NCBI GenBank assembly: GCA_051819665.1
Contig: JBNJDG010000002.1
Coordinates: 2,439 to 66,438 of the forward strand
Reading direction: 5' to 3'
Source of the DNA: Nanobdellota archaeon
GTDB lineage: Archaea > Nanobdellota > Nanobdellia > Woesearchaeales > CAZZGN01
Length of the DNA: 64,000 nucleotides
In this document: piece by piece, positions 57,085-64,000 of the stretch
How positions within the stretch are numbered: the first letter of the stretch is position 1
Layout of the letters: each line of letters opens with the position of its first letter
The notes under the pieces: generated by a model
What the model was told of the DNA's origin: nothing
The model's database searches: none
What the model saw: the letters and a program-made list of their open reading frames with translations, nothing else
Program-made: the position numbers and the translations under genes

Positions 57085-57849
57085 TTACCTTTGCTTCTTT
57101 CCGGATCTCTTCCGGCCACTCTGGCGCATCATCACATATAAGAGTATGACCAGAACGATAGTTATTATCGAAAGAAGCACTGACTGGACCTTTTCCGGAT
57201 CAGATTCCTGCTTCGAAGAGTAGTTATACTTCTCCTTCACAGAATCATTGAAGGCCTCGAAAGGCATACATCTGTAACCCTGGCACAGGCCATCACAAGC
57301 GGCGTTTGTAGTACATTCCACTTCAGAGAGAGACATCACACCTGCACTCCTGAAACTCTGATCAGAGGAACCGCCTCTTGCAAATTCATACTGCAGTTTA
57401 TAATAGAGTGTTGATCCCCTTGTAGGTGGTGGAACTTCCGCAGGTATCTCCATCGTACCTGTCTTTCCTGCCGGCAGAGAGGCATTACCCGCCTCCTTCG
57501 AGCCGAAGACAACCCCTGAAGAATCGACAAGGTTGATCCTCTGAAGATTGAGTTCTTCCGTCCCCGTATTCTGGATCTGTACCTGCCAGACAGCCCTGCT
57601 GCCCTCCAGACATGGACCCTGACAGACAGGAGCAGCCTCGGTCCTCCATGTGAGCTGCTCACCCGCCGGCTGTTGTGCCGGTTCCTGTGCCGGTTCCTGT
57701 GCCGGTTCCTGTGCCGGTTCCTGTGCCGGTTGTTGTACCTGAGTCTGGGGCACCTCCTGTGCATTCACCAGGACAGGCACCAATAACAACAACAGTATAA
57801 CCATTAAGTTTCTCTTCATAAATCTCCCCCCTTTTTTTATTATTAACAT
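57085..57849 (-). CDS. Type I membrane protein with (PAQE)n repeat linker
   Basis: Signal peptide, QQPAQEPAQEPAQEPAQEPAQQPAGEQ, Cys-containing ectodomain, and a C-terminal TM plus a basic tail. Confidence 0.5.
   Translation of the reverse strand: MLIIKKGGRFMKRNLMVILLLLLVPVLVNAQEVPQTQVQQPAQEPAQEPAQEPAQEPAQQPAGEQLTWRTEAAPVCQGPCLEGSRAVWQVQIQNTGTEELNLQRINLVDSSGVVFGSKEAGNASLPAGKTGTMEIPAEVPPPTRGSTLYYKLQYEFARGGSSDQSFRSAGVMSLSEVECTTNAACDGLCQGYRCMPFEAFNDSVKEKYNYSSKQESDPEKVQSVLLSIITIVLVILLYVMMRQSGRKRSGKKQR
57661..57732. repeat. 12-nt tandem repeat (TGTGCCGGTTCC x4-5) encoding the PAQE repeats
   Basis: Perfect copies at 57673..57720, with degenerate flanking units. Confidence 0.85.
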
Positions 57850-58340
57850 TCAGATAAAGATTCCAACTTGACTACCTTCTCCGAGCAGATCTTTCGTTCC
57901 GGATCTTCTCCTTCACTTTCTTCCGTTTCTATGAAAGGACTCACTTTGAGCGAAACCGGAGCACCCTTATCTCCAGAATAAGTGAATTCCGCTTTTTTCA
58001 CATCTGTAGGCATCAGGCCCTTATCCACGAAATTGCTTATGATCTCGTCCTTTTCTGTCAATAAGTTCACTCTCACACCGTCAAGATCCTTATCACCGCT
58101 GTTATGGACGAACAATTTCACACTGAAGCCACCATCCTTCTCATAACATGCTTCTTTATTACTGCCCATGCTATCCATCACAAGGTCCACTCCTGAGCAA
58201 CTACCGGCAGCACCATGGTCTTCAGAGAGATAAGTCCTACCCCAGTTCATGACTACAGCCCCTAATGCAACAGCAAAGGCTATTAACAGCACTGTCGCTA
58301 TAAGCGGTGAAACGGCCTTTTTCTTATTTCTCCTTACCAT
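57843..58340 (-). CDS. Archaeal type IV pilin-like protein (class III signal peptide)
   Basis: The N-terminal MVRRNKKKAVSPLIATVLLIAFAVALGAVV has a KA|V cleavage-like site followed by the conserved SP(L/V)IATVLLIA hydrophobic segment typical of archaeal pilin N-termini. Confidence 0.6.
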   Translation of the reverse strand: MVRRNKKKAVSPLIATVLLIAFAVALGAVVMNWGRTYLSEDHGAAGSCSGVDLVMDSMGSNKEACYEKDGGFSVKLFVHNSGDKDLDGVRVNLLTEKDEIISNFVDKGLMPTDVKKAEFTYSGDKGAPVSLKVSPFIETEESEGEDPERKICSEKVVKLESLSEC

Positions 58341-58632
58341 TCTTTATCTTTTCCAGTATGTTCTCAATATTCTTCTGCTCCTTAACCACTGTAGTGAGAT
58401 AAGGTATAGTGCCCATGACAAGGGCTATCAGACCCATCAAAACGATGTAAGTCAGCAGATTCACAGTTATATAATCATTTATCACTCCAAGCACTGCTAC
58501 TATTATGAAAGTGAAATAAAGGATCACGCTCTTATTGAGGAGAGCCATGCTCTTCTCCCTGCTGATCCTCGACTTCTCGAGCTCCAGCTGTATTATCCAG
58601 CCCTCCTCCCTCTGAGTTTTACCTTTCGGCAT
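58324..58632 (-). CDS. Small membrane protein (2 TM), hypothetical
   Basis: Two hydrophobic helices, within the surface-protein gene string. Confidence 0.4.
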   Translation of the reverse strand: MPKGKTQREEGWIIQLELEKSRISREKSMALLNKSVILYFTFIIVAVLGVINDYITVNLLTYIVLMGLIALVMGTIPYLTTVVKEQKNIENILEKIKNGKEK

Positions 58633-58658
58633 GAGAACGGCTATATCAGGAGAAGTAT

Positions 58659-59000
58659 TTAAATTTTACGTATTTCGTCACCTATCACCTGATTCTCTCC
58701 CCTGAAGGAATCGACCTTGCCTTCCACAACGATTCCCTGCCCCTCATCAAGATCAAGCTCCTCAAATACAACAACTTCTGCTGTCTCATAATCCCTCAAA
58801 AGTATCTCTGTCACATTCCCTTCATCCACACTAAGCACCTCTCCTGAAAGTGAGACATAATCATCCTTCTCCTTATCACCTATATCTCCTGGATCAACCT
58901 GCTCAGGCTCATAAGAATCAACGAGGAAAAATAGTACCAGGAGACCGACAGAAGAAATCACGAGGGAGTATCTTAACAAAAGGCTGTCTTCCAGTTTCAT
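58659..59000 (-). CDS. Small N-terminally anchored acidic protein, hypothetical
   Basis: The TM helix [15 protein letters not shown] is followed by an acidic beta-rich domain. Confidence 0.4.
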   Translation of the reverse strand: MKLEDSLLLRYSLVISSVGLLVLFFLVDSYEPEQVDPGDIGDKEKDDYVSLSGEVLSVDEGNVTEILLRDYETAEVVVFEELDLDEGQGIVVEGKVDSFRGENQVIGDEIRKI

Positions 59001-59096
59001 GGCAGAGATAGATTAAATATAATTAAAAAAGCTTTCCCGTGCTTTTCCGGAAACCTTACAAAAAGTTTAAAAATAAGTTCTATCTCTTTCTGCGCC

Positions 59097-60965
59097 ATGG
59101 AAGATTTCAAGACCACGGCAGAGATAGATGTCTCGAAAAGGATGATCGACCAGGTAGTCGGTCAGGAAGAAGCGGTTGAGGTCATCAGGAAATCCGCTGA
59201 AAGGAGAAGGCATGTGCTCCTCATCGGAGATCCGGGAACAGGAAAAAGCATGCTCGGTCTGGCGCTCGCTGAACTTCTTCCCAAAGAGAAGCTCGTGGAC
59301 ATCATATCCCATCCTAATCCTAACGATGAGAATAAACCACTTATAAGGACAGTCCCTGCAGGCCAGGGAAGGGACATCGTCCAGAAGATGAAACTGCAGA
59401 GCACACAGATGTTCAAGAACCAGAACCTTCTTATCCTTATCCTTGCTGTACTTGCGATGATAGCCCCATGGTGGGTGAGGAGTGAGTATATGTCAGACGG
59501 AGCAGCTGCCGCCTCCATCATGTTCGCAGCTTTCTTCCTTGGAGGGATGGTTTTCCTGGCAGCATTCGTGATCTTCCTCAATATGGGCAAGAAGATGTCC
59601 GTCAAGACCAAGAATCCTAAGGTGGTCGTGGATAATTTCGGCCGTAAACAGGCACCATTCTATGACGCTACAGGATCACATGCAGGCGCCCTTCTAGGGG
59701 ATGTACTCCACGATCCTTTCCAGTCAGGTGGCTTAGGGACTCCTGCCAATGAGAGAGTGATTGCAGGGATGATCCATAAGGCCCATATGGGAGTCCTTTT
59801 CATAGACGAGATCTCTACTCTCAAGCCGAGCACCCAGCAGGACCTGTTGACAGTCCTCCAGGAAGGCAAGTATCCTATTACCGGCCAGAGTGAGAGAAGC
59901 GCAGGAGCTATGGTGAGGACCGAACCGGTACCGGCGAAATTCGTAATGGTAGCGGCAGGTAATATGGAAACCGTAAAGCACATGCACCCTGCCTTAAGAT
60001 CGAGGATAAGAGGTTACGGTTACGAAGTGTACATGAACGACACCATAAAGGACACGAAAGAGAACAGGAAGAGGATAGCCAGGTTCATAGCCCAGGAAGT
60101 GAGGAAGGACGGAAAGATCCCGCACTTCACCAGAGAGAGTGTCGAGGTGATCTTAAGCGAAGCCAGGAAGATGGCCAATAGAAAGAACCACCTTACCCTG
60201 AGGCTGAGAGAGCTCGGCGGATTCATAAGAGCTGCAGGTGATATAGCCCTTTCCGAGAAAGAGAAGTACGTGAAACCCAAGCATGTTAAAGAAGCGAAGA
60301 AGATCTCCAAGACCCTCGAACAGCAGGTTGCTGATAAATACATCGAGAGGAAGAAGGAATACCACCTGATCAGGACCAAAGGAGACGAGATAGGAAGGGT
60401 CAACGGCCTTGCTGTCATAGGAGGAGGGAATGCACATTCAGGGATACTCCTACCTATTGAGTCTGCAGTCACTCCAGGCGGGGAGCAGAAAGAAGTTATA
60501 GCGACAGGCAAGCTCGGTGAGATCGCCAAGGAAGCGGTGAAGAACGTAAGTGCGATCATAAAGAGGTATTTTGGCGAGGATATAAAGGAAAAATACGATA
60601 TCCATGTACAGTTCCTCCAGACTTATGAAGGCGTTGAAGGCGACTCCGCATCCATAGCTGTTGCCACTGCAGTCATAAGTGCATTGAAGGAAGTGCCAAT
60701 CAAGCAGAAATATGCTATGACAGGAAGCCTTTCCGTAAGAGGTGAGGTTCTGCCCATCGGCGGTATAAACTCGAAGATCGAGGCTGCAATTGACAGCGGG
60801 ATCAAGCATGTCATCGTTCCGAAGAGCAACATGCAGGATATTGTGCTCGAGAAGAAGAAACTCGATAAGATCAACATAATACCTGTGCAGAACATCATCG
60901 AGGTTCTCGAGAATGCCCTTGAATGGAAAAATAAAGAGAATATTCTAAAGAAGATAAAGGGATGA
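59097..60965 (+). CDS. lonB: Archaeal membrane-bound Lon protease (LonB)
   Basis: AAA+ Walker A GDPGTGKS, two TM helices inserted in the ATPase domain, and a C-terminal Lon protease domain with the DSASIA catalytic Ser region and the KxxxE Lys region. Confidence 0.9.
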   Translation: MEDFKTTAEIDVSKRMIDQVVGQEEAVEVIRKSAERRRHVLLIGDPGTGKSMLGLALAELLPKEKLVDIISHPNPNDENKPLIRTVPAGQGRDIVQKMKLQSTQMFKNQNLLILILAVLAMIAPWWVRSEYMSDGAAAASIMFAAFFLGGMVFLAAFVIFLNMGKKMSVKTKNPKVVVDNFGRKQAPFYDATGSHAGALLGDVLHDPFQSGGLGTPANERVIAGMIHKAHMGVLFIDEISTLKPSTQQDLLTVLQEGKYPITGQSERSAGAMVRTEPVPAKFVMVAAGNMETVKHMHPALRSRIRGYGYEVYMNDTIKDTKENRKRIARFIAQEVRKDGKIPHFTRESVEVILSEARKMANRKNHLTLRLRELGGFIRAAGDIALSEKEKYVKPKHVKEAKKISKTLEQQVADKYIERKKEYHLIRTKGDEIGRVNGLAVIGGGNAHSGILLPIESAVTPGGEQKEVIATGKLGEIAKEAVKNVSAIIKRYFGEDIKEKYDIHVQFLQTYEGVEGDSASIAVATAVISALKEVPIKQKYAMTGSLSVRGEVLPIGGINSKIEAAIDSGIKHVIVPKSNMQDIVLEKKKLDKINIIPVQNIIEVLENALEWKNKENILKKIKG

Positions 60966-61019
60966 TCTTCCCCTGATTTTTTCAATAAATTTATATATCT
61001 TTATTCGGGAGACTTTTCT

Positions 61020-61388
61020 ATGGACTTCACTATCACAGAGACTCTGTCGAGGATTTTCGCATACCTCAAGGATCTTCTTAATGATACTTATGTCGTCTAC
61101 GGTCTCACTTTGCTTTTCTATTACCTTATATTCTATTCCATATTCAGCTCTGTCATAAAGAGATTAAAGTTCTTTGAAGGAGAGGGAGGATCGGGACTGA
61201 GCAAACCCGGAAAGACCCTCGCCCACGCTTTTACAGGACTAGCCGTACTGAGCATATTCGCATTCGTGGATCCCGCAAGGAACAACGTATTCAGCCTTTT
61301 AGCCATATTCGGTGTTTACGGGCAGTTGTTATTGGTCATAGTAATATACTTTTTAACCAAGAGGTTACTGGTGGACGATGGTAGGTAA
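61020..61388 (+). CDS. Small membrane protein (3 TM), hypothetical
   Basis: Hydrophobic helices. It overlaps the next gene by 11 nt. Confidence 0.4.
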   Translation: MDFTITETLSRIFAYLKDLLNDTYVVYGLTLLFYYLIFYSIFSSVIKRLKFFEGEGGSGLSKPGKTLAHAFTGLAVLSIFAFVDPARNNVFSLLAIFGVYGQLLLVIVIYFLTKRLLVDDGR

Positions 61389-62328
61389 GAACACAGGAAA
61401 TGGAATAGCATTCCTTATAGCGGGCATAGCTGCCAGTAAGATAGGCGCTATGAGTGCAGAAAGCTCATACGCAGAGAGCAGCGGATGGGTTCCGGGCCTC
61501 GCTATCTTTGTAGGCATCATATATATCTCAATAGGCTTATTCTCAAAGACAAATACAGGAAAGGTCGAGAAGGAAGAGAAGAGGACAATGAAGAAAAATC
61601 TGGGGGAACTGAAGGATCTTTTCAAGAGGGATAAAGAGAACAAGGATGATACTGAGAAGGACACCAAACTGGAGAAAGAAAGGTATGAGAAGGATGAAGA
61701 GCTGGAGAAGGAGGATAATCAGATCAATAAGGATATAAAGCTCGCAAAGAACGGCAATAAATTCTCGCTCGATTCCAGGCAGCTCCTTCAACTCCTTGAG
61801 AATGAGAAAGGAAGGGTCGAGGAGAACATAGAGAAACTGAAGAAAGAGGAATCGGATCTGAAGAGAGACACACACCGGCTCCATAAGGACATCTCTAAAG
61901 AGAAGAAGATAGCGGAACAGGAGAAAGAGGAGAAATCAGAGCTTCCTAAGTATGAGAGAGGAGACCTAAAGCTGGACCTCAAGAGAATAGGAAAGCTGAA
62001 CAAGGATGAGGAAAAGGCATATGAGGAGGACAGGAAAGAGCTGAAGGAAGTGCTGAAAGAGCTTAAGGATTACGAGAGATACAAGCATAATATAGACAGG
62101 GAGATCCACCAGCTGAAGAAAGAGAAAGATATCGGGAAGCTGACCAAGAAACTGGCGATCGAACAGAGGAAAAAACACGAGGAGATGTTAAATGCAGAGA
62201 AGAACATCAGGAAAGAGACAGATGAAGATAAGAAGAAGGTAAGGAGCCTCCAGGAAGCGATGAATGATGCAAGGAAAGAAGAGAATGAAGAGAAAAAAGA
62301 GGAGAATTCCCTTGAAAAAGCTGCCTGA
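61378..62328 (+). CDS. Membrane-anchored long coiled-coil protein (K/E-rich)
   Basis: Two N-terminal TM helices, then about 240 aa of heptad-like charged sequence (..LKKEESDLKRDTHRLHKDISKEKK..). Confidence 0.5.
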   Translation: MVGKNTGNGIAFLIAGIAASKIGAMSAESSYAESSGWVPGLAIFVGIIYISIGLFSKTNTGKVEKEEKRTMKKNLGELKDLFKRDKENKDDTEKDTKLEKERYEKDEELEKEDNQINKDIKLAKNGNKFSLDSRQLLQLLENEKGRVEENIEKLKKEESDLKRDTHRLHKDISKEKKIAEQEKEEKSELPKYERGDLKLDLKRIGKLNKDEEKAYEEDRKELKEVLKELKDYERYKHNIDREIHQLKKEKDIGKLTKKLAIEQRKKHEEMLNAEKNIRKETDEDKKKVRSLQEAMNDARKEENEEKKEENSLEKAA

Positions 62329-62419
62329 AAACCATCCGAAACATTTAAATACCTAATTTCTCACCTATTGGCAACTGACTTCTACCTGAACGAATAGGAG
62401 TTAGTTAAGGGAAGAAAAA

Positions 62420-63079
62420 ATGAAAGTCGAAAACGGAGATTTTATAGAGCTCGATTATACAGGCAAAACGAAAGAGGAAGGCATTGTCTTCGACACAACC
62501 GATAAGAAGACCGCAATAGAGAACGGCCTTAAACAGCAGACCGAGCCGATCATAATATGGGCTGGCAATGGCCAGGTAATGCAGGGCCTTGATGAAGACC
62601 TTATCGGTAAAGAGATAGGGAAGGACTATTCAGTCGAGATCAAACCTGAAAAAGCCTTCGGGAAGAAGGATGCGAAAAAGGTGCAGCTCATAGCGGCTAC
62701 CAAGTTCAAGAAGGAGAATATAAATCCTCAGCCGGGCATGCAGGTCAATGTGGATGACAACGTAGGTATTGTCAAGACCGTCACCGGCGGAAGGGTCATG
62801 GTGGATTTCAATCATCCGCTTTCAGGGAAAGACATAATATATGATTACAGGATTAACAGGAAAGTCGAGAAACTCGATGAGAAGATCAAAGGATATTTCA
62901 GAGTGACCTTCAACCTTGACGTTGACGTTGAAGTGAAAGAGGGAGAGTGCGTCATAAAGACGGATCAGGATATTCCTGAAGAGCTTCAGAAAAATTTCAA
63001 CGATAAGCTCAAAGAGATAGAGGATACCGAATACAAGTTCGAGAAGAAAGAATCAAAAGGTTCCGACCAGAGTTCATGA
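62420..63079 (+). CDS. FKBP-type peptidyl-prolyl cis-trans isomerase (long archaeal type with IF insert)
   Basis: GDFIELDYTGK..G.VFDTT is the FKBP N-terminal signature. Length is 219 aa. Confidence 0.8.
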   Translation: MKVENGDFIELDYTGKTKEEGIVFDTTDKKTAIENGLKQQTEPIIIWAGNGQVMQGLDEDLIGKEIGKDYSVEIKPEKAFGKKDAKKVQLIAATKFKKENINPQPGMQVNVDDNVGIVKTVTGGRVMVDFNHPLSGKDIIYDYRINRKVEKLDEKIKGYFRVTFNLDVDVEVKEGECVIKTDQDIPEELQKNFNDKLKEIEDTEYKFEKKESKGSDQSS

Positions 63080-63140
63080 TTAATTTTAAATATCAGTGAC
63101 TCTCGGATAATAATATCATGAATCTGGTGAGGTGGAGAAT

Positions 63141-64000
63141 TTGGACGAAGAACAGCCCAACAAGAATGTGGATCAGGAACTCGAGGAGCTTTTAGGCAGA
63201 CAGAAGGCCAACATAAAAGTCATTGGTACTGGCGGAGGCGGCAATAATACTATAGAGAGGATCGCCGAAGTTGGTATTAAAGGTGCAGAGACTATAGCTG
63301 TGAATTCAGACGCACAGGATCTGCTATATACCAATGCTGATCAGAAGATAATCATAGGTAAGGATGTAACTCAGGGCCTCGGCGCAGGATCTGACCCGAA
63401 GAAAGGTGAAGAAGCTGCAAAAGAGAACGAGAGGGAACTGAGAGAGTCCATACAGGGGACCGATATGGTGTTCATCACCTGCGGTCTCGGCGGAGGGACA
63501 GGCACAGGTTCCGCACCGGTCATCGCTGAAATAGCGAAGAAGGCAGGCGCCCTTTCAGTCGGTGTAGTGACAATCCCCTTTGAAATGGAAGGCCAAAGGA
63601 GATACGAAAATTCTGTAGCCGGCCTCGAGAAGATGGAGAACGTGGTTGATACCCTCATAGTGATCCCCAATGATAAGCTCCTTGAAATGGCACCAGATCT
63701 CCCGCTCCACACAGCGTTCAAGGTAGCTGATGAGATCCTCACCAATGCGGTCAAGGGTATAGCAGAGATGGTCACGAGAGCAGGTCTGGTGAACCTTGAT
63801 TTTGCGGATATAAGAGCTGTCATGGGTGACGGAGGCGTAGCTCTGATCGGAGTAGGTGAGAGTGATTCCGAAACGAGGGCTGAAGAAGCCGTGGAGAAAG
63901 CCATAGAGAATCCCCTGCTGGATGTTGATATAAACGGAGCTAACGGAGCTCTCATAAATGTGGCAGGCGGCTCTGACATGACCCTTGACGAGGCCAAGAA
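63141..64000 (+). CDS. ftsZ: Cell division GTPase FtsZ (5' part; continues beyond window end)
   Basis: [17 protein letters not shown], the tubulin signature [20 protein letters not shown], and [11 protein letters not shown]. The start is uncertain, either TTG 63141 or GTG 63132, and the out-of-frame ATG 63118 was rejected. Confidence 0.85.
   Translation, partial: MDEEQPNKNVDQELEELLGRQKANIKVIGTGGGGNNTIERIAEVGIKGAETIAVNSDAQDLLYTNADQKIIIGKDVTQGLGAGSDPKKGEEAAKENERELRESIQGTDMVFITCGLGGGTGTGSAPVIAEIAKKAGALSVGVVTIPFEMEGQRRYENSVAGLEKMENVVDTLIVIPNDKLLEMAPDLPLHTAFKVADEILTNAVKGIAEMVTRAGLVNLDFADIRAVMGDGGVALIGVGESDSETRAEEAVEKAIENPLLDVDINGANGALINVAGGSDMTLDEAK

Noticed and set aside
57336-57764. ORF encoding RHRNRHRN repeats
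   Set aside because: It is an alternative-frame reading of the 12-nt tandem repeat inside the better-supported PAQE-repeat membrane protein gene.
63118-63195. ATG at 63118 as the ftsZ start
   Set aside because: That frame hits TAG after 25 codons. The FtsZ motifs are in the frame starting at TTG 63141 or GTG 63132.
1-64000. CRISPR arrays, integrases, transposases, IS elements
   Set aside because: A scan by eye for regularly spaced direct repeats found none. No integrase- or transposase-like ORF (no DDE/tyrosine-recombinase motifs) was seen. The only repeats are the TA-island duplication, the tRNA-Glu 3' copy and the 12-nt coding repeat.

Overview
This window reads as a single contiguous archaeal chromosomal segment of roughly 40% GC. 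The evidence for archaea: an archaeal histone-fold gene, an SRP54, a membrane-inserted LonB, an archaeal-type NMN adenylyltransferase, an archaeal-type glutamyl-tRNA synthetase, an intron-containing tRNA and an FtsZ. Many proteins are strongly acidic, which would fit a salt-in, possibly DPANN/nanohaloarchaeon-like host, but that is inference only. Gene density is about 90% on both strands. No CRISPR array, integrase or transposase was seen.

Content in order:
- 1-6.5 kb: a toxin-antitoxin-like island. It holds two paralogous wHTH + nucleotidyltransferase-fold pairs (AbiEi/AbiEii-like), an MNT-HEPN pair, a RelE-like pair, a degenerate ~310-nt partial duplicate of the MNT-HEPN-RelE junction, and a housekeeping ndk.
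- 6.5-10.9 kb: one 1472-aa orphan protein with internal repeats.
- 10.9-21.4 kb: Nudix hydrolase, a beta-rich secreted protein, GT2 and epimerase genes, a MacB/FtsX-type ABC system with a multi-beta-sandwich surface protein, a permease and a CPBP protease.
- 21.4-30 kb: a radical-SAM-like protein with an unusual Cys motif, a small Zn ribbon, a tRNA cluster (Thr, Gly, Val, an intron-containing tRNA with apparent UAU anticodon, Glu), a bacterial-type gpsA, a CYTH protein, an isochorismatase, two tandem paralogous AAA+ ATPases (one with a double Zn ribbon), a Cys-rich lipoprotein and a tiny L41e-like gene.
- 30-37.8 kb: Lrp/AsnC regulator, glycogen synthase, GH57, a tandem pair of lysine-rich paralogs, a beta-CASP MBL nuclease and SRP54.
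- 38-43.5 kb and 49 kb: a dense nucleotide salvage/sanitation cluster (kinases, dCMP deaminase, NMNAT, HIT, 2x MazG, a metallophosphoesterase, 2x HAD 5'-deoxynucleotidase).
- 43.5-49.6 kb: GH13 branching enzyme, tRNA-Ala, histone, GluRS.
- 49.8-59 kb: a minus-strand cell-surface locus with 929-aa and 793-aa signal-peptide type I membrane proteins, a 444-aa secreted protein, a PAQE-repeat membrane protein, an archaeal type IV pilin-like protein and small membrane proteins.
- 59-64 kb: LonB, a membrane-anchored coiled-coil protein, FKBP, and the 5' part of ftsZ.

All functional calls are from motif reading by eye. No database searches were run.
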